A model generated the notes under the pieces. That model saw only the letters and a list, made by a program, of their open reading frames with translations. It did no database searches and was not told where the DNA came from. From NCBI RefSeq assembly GCF_006345805.1, contig NC_043000.1:101246001-101310000 (forward strand): a DNA stretch of 64,000 nucleotides, written 5' to 3'. Position numbers and translations under genes: made by a program. The stretch is from Octopus sinensis (lineage: Eukaryota). Shown piece after piece: positions 37,546-51,308 of the stretch (the first letter of the stretch is position 1; every line of letters begins with the position of its first letter).

Positions 37546-38639
37546 AATATATATATGTATATTTACAATGTATGTATTACCCCTTTAATATTTCACAACA
37601 TTCAGTTCCATCTATGAAACAAACTGATGGTAATAACAGTTTGTTGTTTACATGCTTTTTGGTAGGCTGCAAAGGATTCTGGGAATATTGTTTTATCAGA
37701 TAAAGTCATTAAATTTAAAAATTATTCAACAGTTAAATCCTACTCCACTACATTATTAATTTACATGATGTTTACTTGTGTTGATTTTAGGTTTGTATTT
37801 GTTATTAGTAAAACTTCCAGAGTTAATCTCATTTTCTTTGGAATTCTATATAAAATGGTTGTGCTGTCATATCTGTCAACAAATGTTTTCTGCGGTCATT
37901 ATAATGATAATGCTCATCATCATTATCTTCATTTAGTGTCTATACTTCCATGCTTGATTGCATCAGACAGAATTTATTGAAGCAGAATTTTCATAGTCAC
38001 AGGTGTAGCTGTATGTGCAGGCATGGCTATGTGGTAGGAAGCTTGCTTCCAAACCACATGGTTCAAGATTCAGTTCCACTACCTGACACATTGGACAAGT
38101 GTCTTCTACTATAGCCTCAGGTCGACCAAAGTCTTGTGAGTGGATTCAGTGATGGAAACTAGAAGTTTGTCGTATAAATCTCTCTGTACAGCTATTTGCG
38201 TGAGTTTTTAGATCTGTGTTTGTCCCTCACCAATCGTTGCTGGGGTGTTTACATTCCCATAACTTAGCAGTTCAACAAAAGGAGCTGATAGAATAAGTAC
38301 CAGCTTTAAAAAGTAAGTACTGGGATCAGTACATTCTACTAAAATTTATTCAAGGTGCTTCCCCAGCATGGCTGTAGTTTAATGACTGAAACAAAAGATA
38401 AAAAGGTAGTTGGATGCTCTTCCTGTCACCAATCTTCATCTGTTTACAAGCAAAGCAATATTTTCCTATGCTTAGATGTATTTTCCCTGGAAGACTGGAA
38501 ACAGAGAAACAAAATGGACAACCTCATTTATATGACGACCACTACATGATGTCTAGGCACACACAAACACATCTACTTTTATTTTGTGTTCTGAATTATA
38601 ACAAATTCCAATTGTTCCTCATTACAAACACATGCGTAA

Positions 38640-39175
38640 CTCTTTAGCTTTCAGATTTCTCTGTCAAATGTAATGCTTATTTGTTCACAGGCTCTGTGGT
38701 TAGAGCATCAGGCTCACAATCACGAGGTAGTGAATTCGATTCATGGACGACCGGGCTGTGTTGTGTTCTTGAGCAAGGCACTTTATTTCACATTTCCCCA
38801 GTTCACTCAGCTGCAGAAAGGAGTTGCGACATCACTGGTACCAAACTTTGTCAGCATTTGCTTTTCTCTTGGATAAAATAAAGAGGAGAGACTAGTATGC
38901 ATGAGTGACTGCTGGTTTTCCATAAATTACTTTGCCCAGACTTGTGCTTTGAAGGGGAACTTTCTAGGTACAATCCCTTGGTCATTCATGACCGAAGGGG
39001 GTCTTTACCATTTTACCCTTTGAATGAATCATGCATTATCTTGTAGCTTTGAGATTTTGATGATATGATTGTTTATTTTTAGAATAATATTGTGTGAGAG
39101 GCCACATGTGACCAGTCTGAAAATAAAATAGATAGAATAGGTTGGTCAGATATGGCCAGTATAAATGCTAAATTG
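38640..39175. mobile_element. piggyBac-type MITE (family 2) carrying a tRNA-SINE family D insertion (38690-39019, +)
   Basis: The MITE halves rejoin as ..ttgttcaca|ttgaatgaatcatgc. The insert has a tRNA head (gtggttagagc..gaattcgattc) and a gtgttcttgagcaaggcact core; another D copy lies at ~57400-57720 (-). Confidence 0.75.
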
Positions 39176-39429
39176 TTAACCAACATGAAAGTGTTCAAAC
39201 TGTATATCCAGTGTAACAGTTTGAGTCATGATGTGTGCAACTTTCTTGTTTACATTGGAATCTGTGTATTACATTGGTTGTCTGAAGTATGTTCTATATT
39301 TTACTTGTTTATGGTTTCATGTTGTGAAGATGGTGGTGTCATTTTAGTGTTATTGTAGTTATAATCTACAAGTCTGTGATTAAGTGTGCTACAGGTTATA
39401 TTCTGTTTCATGAGTTTTTTTTTTTGTTT

Positions 39430-39650
39430 TTCATGATGAATATGTATTTCTTTACTACCCACAAGGGGCTAAACACAGAGGAGACAAACAAGGACAGACA
39501 AAGGGATTAAGTTGATTAAATCGACCCCAGTGTGTAACTGGTACATAATTTATCGACCCCGGAAGGATGAAAGGCAAAGTCGACCTCGACGGAATTTGAA
39601 CTCGGAACACATTTTGCCCGGCGTGCTAACGTTTCTGCCAGCTCGCCGCA
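39430..39650 (-). mobile_element. SINE family A, young copy
   Basis: Reverse complement of the family A sequence with CpGs intact; further - copies at 28540-28725 and 46550-46755, + copy at 33360-33575. Confidence 0.85.
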
Positions 39651-40699
39651 TGTCCATTCCATTCTTGTAGGACAGGATATGTGTGTGTGTGTGTGTGTAT
39701 TTAAAAATGTGTCTGTGTGTTTATATAAAAGTGTGTGTGTGTCTATACAAAAATGTGTGTGTTTATAGAAAAGTATGTGTGTGTATGTGTGTTTGTTAGT
39801 TGTGGGCTATAAGTAGAGATTGGTGTGAGAATGTGGTAAAGGAGAAAGAAAAGGGAAAGATAGATAGCGTTAGAAGGAGCAATGGAAGACAGTGGTTGTA
39901 GGATGTTATGAAGGAGACATTAATGGCCAGAGTAATAGGAGGGCACAAGTGATGGACAGTCATAAAAACTGTGGATGGTAAGTGTGTGATGGATGTCAGT
40001 AATGAATAACTTGAGAAGGAAAGGGAGGGAGCAGAGGCTAGCAATATAAAAGATGTCAGCTGGTAAATGATGAATAGGCAGGATGGATATATGAGGAAGG
40101 AGAATTGAAGGTTGGGGTTTAATGGATCTGATGCAATTCCACTGAGGTGGAATTGGTGAGGAGAGAGCATGAATGTGTGCATGTGCGTGTGATGTTTGTC
40201 AATGAAGGCAGCATAGGAGGTTAATGTTAGCTGGTAATAAAGTGATGGATCTCAATAGAAGAGCAACCCAGGGGAAAGGGTGTGTTGGTTAGCAGTGCAG
40301 CCTTAGAAGAAAGGGTGTATCAGTCATCCCTCATTACTCAAGCAATGTGGTGGAAGGGAAAAATGAGCAAAGAAATTTAGATGTTGGTGCAAGTGGGTGT
40401 TATGTTTGGATAGATTTCGAGCTTCTCTCATTTCACAGTTGATACAAAGTTCTCTATGGTGAATAACAGAAAGGTGATTAGATGAGAGGACATCAAACAG
40501 GCAAGAAGGATTGCAGGTGAAGGCTAAAATTACCAGGTACAAAATGAGTAAATTAACTGAATGTAGCCTTGTTATATATTCTAACCTCCATCAATTCCCT
40601 CTTCTTTAACATATTTTCACCCTGTTTGCTCAGATAGTTAGGGTTTCTCCAGTCCCATATATTGCCAATCAACACAGTTCTTTGTCATCTACATGAGAT

Positions 40700-41770
40700 G
40701 CAACATACTGAGATAAGTCTTTACTGCTTTGTTCCAAAAGTCTCCCTCTTGCATAGGTTCCATTTATTATGAGTACCTTGGATTTCTTTATGCACTTGTC
40801 ATCATCAGTACACATCATATGCCCAAATCAGCCCAGTTCATCTAATTCCTCTTATGCACAAATTTTCCCTCAAACACATTAACATTACATGTCGAGTGAA
40901 GCATACTTGCTTCTTCCTCATCTTTGAAAATCCTCTGCATTAATGGCTCACATCTTGTTGCCATGCAGCATTGCATTTTGTATAAAAGCATCATACAATC
41001 TGTTCTTCATTCTGAGGGACAAGCCAATCATTGTCAACAAAGGTGATTCCCACTTTCACTCAGGCTACTATGCTTTCAGAACACCCCATCCTAGAAACTA
41101 GAACAGAAACTGTCAACTCCTATTAGAATGCCATCCAGTCATCTGTGAGTGTGTACTTCACATGCATTCTTAGATTATTTCTCCTGTGTTTCTACCACAT
41201 CTGAAATTTCCCATCTTCATTAGTCTTCTTATGATCTCACTACACACTTTATGTTCCATTGTTTACACAGGGCATACCATATGAGTTTTCTACCTACTTC
41301 ATTTCTACTTATTGAACATGGCTATTTCCCTGATGATTTCAGGGTCCTTTTTTTCCTATCCTACTTACAATTACTGTATTTTTTGCTAAGTTTTCCATAA
41401 CATCTTAGAGTTCCAGGTTTTGCTTCTATGTCTGGAATTACTTGTTCAAATCATTTGCAGATTCTGTAACACATGAGTTTTTCTGAGCCTTTGATCTTGA
41501 ACTCCTCTATTATAGCTTAGAGGACTAAAATAAGCAGGTGGAGATTGAGCGCTAAACCATGTTGACCCCCCCCCCATCCCACCTGTATATTAAATTCATT
41601 GCTGAACTTGTTGCTATCTTGCAAACTGTACCTCTGGGCATGACTTATACAGCCCTCACAAGTTGTTCATCAAACCCTAACCTCTTCAGTGTTCACCAGA
41701 TCACAGAGTGAGATATCCCTATGAAAAACCTTCTCTGGATCAAGAAATGCTTAATTTATCAGCTTACTAA
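40700..41770 (-). mobile_element. Fragmented RTE-clade LINE remnants
   Basis: Minus strand pieces parallel the 49.4-50.3 kb copy (AFLD.EK.F-like at ~41740; DSF.F/YL..GCSESIVA at ~41080; LYDAFIQNAMLHGNKM at ~40970). Confidence 0.6.
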
Positions 41771-42289
41771 GTTTTCTGCAGTTTTCTCACTGGAACTATG
41801 ATATTAGTTGAACTTCTTCCTAGTGCAAAGCTGTATTGCATCTCGTCTAAGCTAATCCTGTTTCTAATCAGTTTTGCACATTACTTTAACCTCTCCCCAG
41901 TGCAAAACTACATTTCATATCATTTAGGCTAATCCTGTTCTTAATCAGTTTTGCAATAACATGTTCTGTAACTTCCATAATGTGATCTAACAATTTGATT
42001 TTTCTGTAGTTTTCTTACTCTAGTGCAATTCCTTTGCTCTTAAGCAGTTTACAAAGATACTACTACACTAGTCATTGGGTATGACACCTTCTTGTACTTC
42101 CTGTGTATGTGACTAATCCATTTCAAACTCTGGCAGAATTTTTTAAGCATTTCACTGGTATATTCTGATTGATCAATATGTGTGTGTGGGTATGTATACA
42201 CATACATATATTCACACATGTATATAATATATATATTCTGTGTTTGTGTGCACACACTACACATACATATATGTACATACACACACATA

Positions 42290-42991
42290 CAAAGAGGTAC
42301 CCAAAAGTAACTGGAAACATTATCTGTGGGACAAGCCTATTGTAGTTCCGGCTTCTGCTGCTAGAAATCACTTGATGCAACCCTTAGATATCAGTATGCT
42401 GACTGGCATTGTTGAGTAAAGTCATACTGCCACATAGTGCATCTTTGTTTTGCAGTGCTTCTTCCCTGCTTGTTAGTTTTTCCAATGGCTGAAACAAAGG
42501 AACAGCATTCTTTCATGAAATTCTGTTCTCTTCTGAGGCAAATGGTAGTCAAAATGGTGGTAATGTTTGAAATTGCTTACAAGGACACTGCCATGAGCAA
42601 AACATGTTTACAAGTGGTTTTCATGCCTCAACGAATGAAAACATCACAAAAATTTATGAACTGATTGTGGAGGACCGTTCCTGAACATTTGACAAACGTT
42701 TTGATATGATTGGTGTGTCCTGGAGCTCTTGCCAAGGAATTTTGAGCGAGGAATTGCAAGTGAATAGTTGGAGCAAAATTGGTGCTTTGCTTCCTTATGG
42801 AAGATCAAAAGCAGTCATGACTGAATGCCTGTTGTGAACAGAAAGAACAGTTGGAATTTGATCTTGCACCCTATGACTTTTTTTTTTTTTTGCTATCCTG
42901 AATTAAAAAAGTCCTTAAAGGAAAACATTTTGCAGATGTGGTAAAGGAGAGGAAAACAAATGATAGAGGCCTTTCTTTTGGGTACCCCTTG
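42290..42991 (+). mobile_element. Internally deleted mariner element
   Basis: TA-flanked TIRs caaagaggtacccaaaag / cttttgggtaccccttg; MAETKEQHSFMKFC N-terminus and DLAPYDFF..ELKKVLKGKHFADV C-terminus. Confidence 0.88.
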
Positions 42992-43474
42992 TATATTTAT
43001 ATCTATCTGTCTGTCTATATATATATATATATATATATATGTTAGAAGAAATGAGGTACTCAGAAATCTGGATGGTTTTATATTTACAGATATTTATTAA
43101 CATGTCACATGTTCTTATAAATCATATATTAGTGCTTGCGTCCACTCTAGTGGAGTCGTCAGATTGAACTTTTTCAGGAATTTTGTCTCTTTTTGTAGTA
43201 TTATTGAGTGTGTAGGAGTGGAGAGAGATATAAGATAGTACAAGAGGGTGAGGAATGGGGAGAAAGTGAGAGAGAGTGCGTGTATGTGTGTGTGTGCTTT
43301 TGTATCTGAAAGAGGTGTCAATGGAAAAGAGAAAGAAAGGAAGGAGGAGAGAAAGAAGAAAATATCCCCTGGCCCCTTTTTCATTTCACCACCTTTTTAA
43401 CAGCAGCCAATGACCAGTTGTGTTAATCCACATCCAAAGATAGGGATCAATCACCATATTCCCTTCCTTCTCCA

Positions 43475-43562
43475 CTAACTCTGATGAGTGTAAAGTTATA
43501 TAATTGGATTGTTACCTAACACTTCATTGTTTCTTTTACACGAAACCAATTGGTAAGATCAA
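43475..43562 (+). ncRNA. Type I hammerhead motif, intact core, weak stem I
   Basis: CTGATGA(43481-87)-GTGTAAAG-38-nt loop-TTTTACAC-GAA-ACCAATTGGT-A(43555). 8-bp stem II and perfect palindromic stem III; stem I has only 2-3 pairs. Confidence 0.7.
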
Positions 43563-44639
43563 CAGGGATGGATATTTAATACTTTTCAGATAATATACCC
43601 ACTTTGCTGACAGATATACGAATGCATCTTTTCTCTGACTTATGGTCTCTTAGATGACTCATGCATGTATATACACACACACACACACACATATGTATGC
43701 ATATATGTGTATATGTATGCCTACATATTTATATATATGCGTGTGTGTGCATGTGTTTATAAAACACACATCTCCACTTGGGTTTATCAATTTTGTGCTA
43801 AATTTGTTGATCTTGTGTAAATCACTGCTATGATGAAAGAATGATGTCAGCATCTCTTAACACCAATTAGCTATTGAACTAATCTATTTGGTCTTTGCAC
43901 TTTACATATTGTTTCCTTCCTTTCTATCATAGTTTAACTTCTGAACTTGTGCAATATTTATAGTTAAATCATGTCCGTCTTCTGTTATTGCTAAACATAA
44001 ACAAAAGAAAATAAACAGAGAGGGAGTTTGCTTAGATTTCCATCTAGCACTCATTCCCATACAATTATATTTTAGTCGTGGTTAGGATTCCTTTTTATTA
44101 CCAATTTACACATACGCGCGTGTGTATGTGTGTATGTATATATGTATATGTATACACACACACATATGTATACATTATACATAGGGGTTCCAGAATTATT
44201 ATACAAAATCTAGATATATGCACACACATATATGTGTGTGTATATGTTTATGAGGAGACCTATTGAGTCAAGTACATCAACATGAAAAATCAATGGAAAT
44301 TGTAGTTGTGAACCTTTTGCTGGTGTCACGTAAAAAGCACCATCCGATTGTGGCCGATGCCAGCGCCACCTTGACCGGCTTCCGTGCCGGTGGCATGTAA
44401 AATGCACTGACCGATTGTGGCTGTTGCCAGCCTTGCCTGGCACCTGTGCCAGTGGCAAGTAAAAAGCATCCACTACACTCATGGAGTGGTTGGCGTTAGG
44501 AAGGGCATCTAGCTGTAGAAACACTGCCAGATCAGACTGGAGCCTGGTGCAGCCTTCTGGCTTCCCAGACCCCGGTCGAACCATCCAACCCATGCTAGCA
44601 TGGAAAACGGATGTTAAACGATGATGATGATGATGATGA

Positions 44640-44990
44640 TAGCTGGAGAGCAGCTGACAAAGGTCTTACTGAGTGATGCTAAAGCATCCTCAGCCTTCAT
44701 GACAATCTTGGAGATGTGGTTTGTCCAACACAGATCGCTGTCCGAAATAATACCCAGGTCACATTCGTAAGCAGACTTTTTAAGATTGGTTTTGTTGAGG
44801 GAGTATGAAAAAGCTGGACTTTTACTCCCAGAAAAGATCAGTCAGAAGGCGTTCACAGCAATGTGAAGACAATTTGGTTAAACGATTTGGGTCAAGATGG
44901 GAAAAGGTCATGGACACCAAAGAATTTGAAGTGTATTGTGACCAGGATATATAATGATATTTGATAGTGTGGTGGCTGATACAATGATGT
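44640..44990 (-). mobile_element. CR1/L2-type LINE RT remnant
   Basis: Minus strand ECDLGIISDSDLCWTNHISKIVMKA matches the post-YLG/DLG region of CR1/L2 reverse transcriptases. Confidence 0.6.
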
Positions 44991-45182
44991 CTTTTATTTT
45001 TTACTTGAAGGGTTTAGTTAAAGAAATCAACTCCAGTACTTATTTTTTTAAAGACTGATACTAATTTTATCTCACTCTTTCACCAAACCATTAAGTTATA
45101 GAGACACAAACAAACCAACACCAGTTGTGAAGCAGTGATGGAAGACAAATACAAAGACACACATACATAGATACATACATAC

Positions 45183-45223
<41 letters not shown>

Positions 45224-47999
45224 CAGGTTTCTTTCAGCTTCTATCTATCAAATTCACTCATAAGGTTTTATTGGCCTGAGGCTGTAGTAGAAGACACTTG
45301 CCCAAGAAGCCACACTATGGAATTAAAGCTTGAACCATGTGGTTCAGAAGCAAACTTCTTACCATATAGCTATGTCTTCACCTATACATACATATATATA
45401 TATATATATAGATAGATATATGTATGTATGAATGTATGTATGGATGTATGTATGTATGTCTGTATGTATGTCTGTATGTATGTGTGTGTGTGTATGTGTG
45501 TATAATATCATCAGTTGACAGTCTGTACTGACCTTCACCCTTGGTTGTACACAACAATCAATAAATATATGTATCTATTGTACCCTATGTATTGACATCC
45601 ACATCAGATACTATTTGCATTGCATTAAATAAAATTTTAAATAGGTATGCATGTACGCATGCATATATGCATTATATGTATATATGTGTGTGTAAGTAAG
45701 TAAGTAAATTGTTCTTCATTGGAACAAATTGCTTCAACAGCAATAACGGATTCAATATCATCTCAGAAAATGTTTGTGTGAAATACGTTCCCTATGTTAG
45801 ATATTGAATGCTGAATGAAGTTTCATTTTTCGACTGGTTACAATGTCAAATTGATTTGATAGAATCGCCATTGTAAAATGTGTGTATAGGTTGGTAGGTA
45901 TTTAGTATGAATAGGTGTCTTGGTTTGGTACAATGCTGGGAAAATATAAATCTGTTCAAAATTAATATCATTCCCCATGCCCGTGATCAAAGGAATTTGG
46001 ATCATACCTTTTGATGTATGTCTATAGGGCCCAAGGGCTCAGTTGAAGTTGGTGATATTATAAACCAGTATCTTTTGAATTACTTCAAAGTAAAAATACA
46101 ACCTTAAATAGACACAAAAAAACTTCCTTCACCAAGTCTTAGACTGTCAAGAAATAAGTTTGTGAACTTTGTGCTATGCAGAACCTTAAAATTCTCTTTG
46201 TAATTTCCTTAACTGTTATTCTGAATATATCTCGCTGTGTCCACACAGAATATATAAATCACTTAGACATTCCAAATATTCAGTCTATTTGTTTGCTTCA
46301 CTTTATAAATTGAAACTTTATATTAGATAACCTATATAGCCTTTTTAGTTGCTTTTTGTACTCATATAACTGTCCGATGTGCTGCCACACCCAATGCCAC
46401 AAAATTTCAAGCAGAGATATCATAAAAGTTTTGCATTGTGATTTGTGATTAAATCAATGAATAAGGTTAATATCTACAATGAATTTGCCATTTTCGCAAA
46501 TTCATTATAAACACACTTGGAATATACATCCCTGCTGTCTGCCCACTCCTTTCTACTATAGGCACAAGGCCTGAAATTTGTTGGGAGAGGTTTAGTCGAT
46601 TAGATTGACCCCAGTGTTTTACTGATACTTAATTTATCAACCCCGAAAAGATGAAAAGCAAAGTCGACCTCGGCAAGAATTGAACCCAGAACATAGCGAC
46701 GGGCAAAATACCGCTAAGCATTTTGACCAGCATGCTAATGATTCTGCCAGCTCACTCCTGACTTATTTGACCACTGTACACTAGACTCATCTTGTAATCA
46801 CTATGGGCAGGTGTCTTCTACTATCGCTATCGGCTGACCAAAGTGATGTAAGTGGAAACTGAAAGAAGCTTGTTGTGTGTGTGTGCTACTAATTCCTTGC
46901 CTTGACTTCATTTGATGGCTGTTAATATCACTATCTTGCAAACAGTGTCTGTCATTTCCAATCTTCTGTGAAAACCTGGTCCTGGGGGAATATTACCTTC
47001 GAAACAGGTGAATGTTGGCACCAGGAAGGGTATCTGGCTGTAGAAAATCCACCCCTAACAAATTTTGTTTGCTCTATGTAAGTATGGAAAAGTGGATGTT
47101 AAGATAATGATGATGTTCAGAAAATCTATTTGTACTTGTAATTTCAATTTTATTCAAACAAAACCCCATCAACCTCTATATTAGAAGTAAGCCTTGAAAG
47201 ACTATATAATAATCTGCTTGTTTGTTTGCCTATTATGCGTTAATTAGTTAGAGAGGTTGAGGTGGCATGAGTAAGAGGTGGAGAAAAAATGAGAGAGACA
47301 GAGAAAGAGAGGGGAGAAATGTGAATCAAAAAGAAAGAAGGAAACAATATAAGGATAGACTAAGGCCAAATGCATCACGTGGTTAGTTGAAAGGAGAGAT
47401 GAAGAGTGAGAGAAAAAGACGGTGAGAGAAAAGTGGGAGAGAGAAGGGTTTGTTGAAGAGGTAGAGAGAAAGAGAAAAATATAAAGTGCTTATCAGAGGG
47501 ATATTTTAAAATCATATAATATATTGTTGTGACTGGAAGTGAAATAACTTAGCAAAATAAAAATAAAAATCATCCTTTCTTTCTTAAATAGCTTCTCTTA
47601 ATCTTTTTTGTTTAGTGGAATTTCCACAGGTCCCACTAGTTAAAATATATTTTGCATACTGCATACAACAACCTTATTTTAGAACCTAACATATTTCCTA
47701 TTGCTTATTTAAGCAGTGTATTAAAAATTTTGCTGCAAATTCATTACAGCTAATTACATTGCTGTAAACTCATTGCCCCTGATTCCATCACCTGGCAATT
47801 TCATTGCCTACAACTGATACCATAAGCTAATATAGTTTTGGTAAATTTCTCTTTATGTCAAATTCAGCATCAGTAAAGTCTCCAGTATGTTTTTAACATA
47901 CAGAGTAAGAATATCACTAAACAGTATTTAAAGTTTTTATTCACAAAGTAAATACATCACATTTCATTAACATTTTAAAAAGGAAAAAATATAAAAAAA

Positions 48000-48200
48000 A
48001 AAATGACCACCCTCAGTTCCAGAAGTTTTCAGAAATCTTGATGATAGAACAAACAAGAAATGTAGCAATAAATAACAAATTCCACATCACAAAAAGAAAT
48101 GTAAAGATTGCTAAGAGAATTTAAGGTATTGTCAATGAATATCAAAATCTTGAAATATTGGATAATTTAAGAGATATAGCTTATAATTTGTCTTTTTAGA
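48000..48200 (+). mobile_element. Mutator-like (MULE) transposase C-terminal remnant
   Basis: HPQFQKFSEILMIEQ...RI*GIVNEYQNLEILDNLRDIAYNLSF* resembles the animal MULE tail HP....F...L..EQ...YL..IA.NL. Confidence 0.5.
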
Positions 48201-48621
48201 ATTGTTCATTCTTCCTTCAATTTAAAATAGCACTATCTTCCAACTGCATTTTTTGAGATTCTATTTTTAAAAGTAACTTGGATTTTATTTTTTTCCGTTT
48301 TTGATTGTGTAAATTTAATCTCCATATTTTTCCTTTTCTTTTCTTTATTTTTTTGTCTTTGAATTTCTTAATGAAATTTAAAGCTTTTACTCTGTGAACA
48401 AAAACTTTTAAATAATGTTTAGCAATATATTTACTCTGTGAAAAAAGCATTTTGATAACTTTAATAATAATGTATTTGGCATAATGATGGATTAGATTTA
48501 CTCATCTCATATTGTGCTGGAATAATGGGTATGCATTTACTGTGATATAATTACCTACAATGAATCTACATAAATGAGTTTACCAGGTACGATATTATAC
48601 CTACACTAACTTTTATCGTAA

Positions 48622-48841
48622 CTCTTTTGTTACTGCATTTCTGTTGAGATGCATAGTCTTCATTTCAATTAATTTCGAAAATAATAAAGAATTTGGCAAA
48701 ATAACTAACTTCATTAAGATGGCACTTGGAGCATAAATTAGCATGAAATTTTGATGGAAGGTTTAAATTAAAATAATTTTAAAACAGGGTGTTTGTATTA
48801 TAAAACTGGGGGGTATTTCAGGCAGGTTGATACCACAAGGG
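48622..48841. mobile_element. piggyBac-type MITE (family 1, diverged)
   Basis: ctcttttgttact ... accacaagggTTAA; body similar to 9013-9231. Confidence 0.6.
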
Positions 48842-49379
48842 TTAAATTCAATATTCACCCTAATGTACGAGAAACCTCTATTACTATAATTATTGGTCAA
48901 AATTTCTCCATCATATAATTAGACTGAACCTGTCAATTACTTTTACTATTGTAATAACTTCCTTAAATTACATTTCTTTTAATTGTTACCTAATTACACT
49001 TTCTTTTAACTTTTATCTTTCTACACCCCAAATTATTTTCTTTTATATATCTTCAATTATTATCCAATATATTACAGCACAATAAATTCACTGTTCATAA
49101 ATTACTATGTGAGACAGCTCTATGCTGCCTAATTATCAATTTGTCCCATGGAAACTGTAGCAGTATCCAATACACATTTAGAGCACATTTGTTAAGTCAA
49201 ACAAGTCAGCCCCAGTACTTAAGTTTTTAAAGTCTGGTTCATATCCTATTGGTCTCTTTTGCTAAACCACTGATTTACAAACCAATACTGTTTATCAAGC
49301 AGAGTAGTGGAGAACATGCATGCACACATACACACATGCATGCACACATACACACATGCATGCATGCGCACATAAATGT

Positions 49380-50330
49380 GAAAGATGCTGAAAGGGCCAT
49401 AGCTTAATTAATTAGGAATAGAGTTAGTATAAATGAGATGCTGTTTGGATTTATGAAAGGGAGAAGCACCATCAATACTATCTTCCTGGTGAGGCAACTA
49501 CAGGAGAAATACTTGGCCAAAAATAAACTTCTGTTTCTGGCTTTCGTTGATATGGAGAAAGCCTTTGACAGAGTCCCCCACTTCCTTATCTGGTGAGTAA
49601 TGCAGAAGCTAATGATAAATGAGTGGTCTGGATGACTAACAGAGAAAGTAGTCTTTGCATGTGTCAGATTGCAGGTACATTAAACATCAGGAATATAGAA
49701 AAAACAGACTCCTTCATATGTCAGGGAGTGTCCCTAGAAGTGGTAGACAGTTTCTGTTATTTAGGTTACCAAGATAGTAGTTGGGGTGGTTGTTTTGGAA
49801 GCATAGTTGCAAGAATAAGAATAGGTTGAGTGAAGTTCAGAGAGCTCTGTAAGTAATGAGGGGCCTCTCCCTCACAGTGAAAGGCAGATTGTATGATGCC
49901 TGTGTATGAACAGCTATGCTACATGGCAGTGAGACATGGGCCGTGACTACTGAGGATATGTGAAGACTTGAAAAAAATAAAGCCAGTATGCTTCACTGGA
50001 TGGGTAATGTCAGTGTGCATATACAACAGAGTGTAAGTGATTTGATAGAAAAACTGAGTATATGTAGCATCAGATGTAGTGTGCAAGAGAGAAGATTGCC
50101 TTGATATGGCCATATAATGCATATGAAAGAAGACAATTGTATCAAGAAGTGCTGATCTCTAATTGTAGAGGGAACATATGGAAGGGGTAGACCCAGGAAG
50201 ATGTGAGACAAAGGGGTGAGAAAGGGCCTACAAAGGTTGGAACTCACAGAAGGGATGATGGGGGAAACCATCATCCTTTTTGTGATGGCAGTTTTCTGTG
50301 ATTGAAAATACATGTCAAACTAAGTAAAAG
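49380..50330 (+). mobile_element. RTE-clade LINE, RT region with internal deletion
   Basis: FGFMKGRSTINTIFLVRQLQEKYLAKNKLLFLAFVDMEKAFDRVP, then LEVVDSFCYLG, MLHGSETW and YGRGRPRK; the YADD segment is missing and stops are present. Confidence 0.9.
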
Positions 50331-51270
50331 TATGATTGCCCATGCACACAGGCTCTTCCTCTGCAACCCTCTTCAGCTGAACATACCTAAACTTGAGAGC
50401 TCATAGATGCTGGTACCATGTAAAAATCACCCATGCCAGTGCTGCATAACAGCACCCAGTACATTCTGTAGTGTAAAAATCATGTCAAAATGGACATGAA
50501 GCCGGAACAGCCCTTCAGCTGGTCAGCTCCTATCAAACTGTCTGGCCCATGCCAGCATGGAAAATATATGTTAAATGATGATGATGATGACAATATATAT
50601 AGATGTATGTATGTATGGATGGATGGATGGATGGATGACAGACAGACAGACAGACAGAGAGACTTTCATGGTTTCCATTAACCAAATTCACTCACAAGGC
50701 ATTGGTCAGCTCAGAAGATACTTACCCTAGATGCCATGCCATAGGACTGAACCCTAAAACCAAGTGGTTACAAAATTAGCTTCGTAGCCATGTAGCCGTT
50801 CCTGTGCTTACTCAGCCTTACTTGTAATGAATTAATTCAAAAATAAAACAATGCCCTGTAGTATTATGTTATAAAAACTTAATAAAAGGCACAGGCTTAG
50901 CTGTGGAGTGAGAAGTTTGCTTCCCAACCACTTGGTTCCAGGTTCAGTCTCACTGCGTGGAACTTTGCGCAAGTGACTTCAACTATGGCCTCAGGTTGAC
51001 TAATGCCTTGTGAGTTGATTTGGCTGATGGAAACTGAAAGAAGCCTCTATGTGTGTGTGTGTTTGTGCACATGTGCATGCACATAGATGCAGATGTGCAT
51101 GTGTGCATACAGGTGTGTATGCATGTGTCAGTGTTTGTCCCCAATTACTGCTTCACAGTTGGTGTTGGTATGTTTATGTCCCCATAACTTAGTGGTTCAG
51201 CAGCAGAGGCCGATAGAATAAGTACCAGGCTTAAAAAAAAAACAAAAGTAGTTACCTAAAACTCAAACAC

Positions 51271-51308
<38 letters not shown>

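Noticed and set aside
39800-40540. Purine-rich block with 128- and 72-aa minus-strand ORFs
   Set aside because: Probably an old LINE remnant or compositional bias; no motif could be assigned.
45700-46330. Possible Penelope RT C-terminal remnant on the minus strand
   Set aside because: Only vague motif similarity through many frameshifts; insufficient to call.
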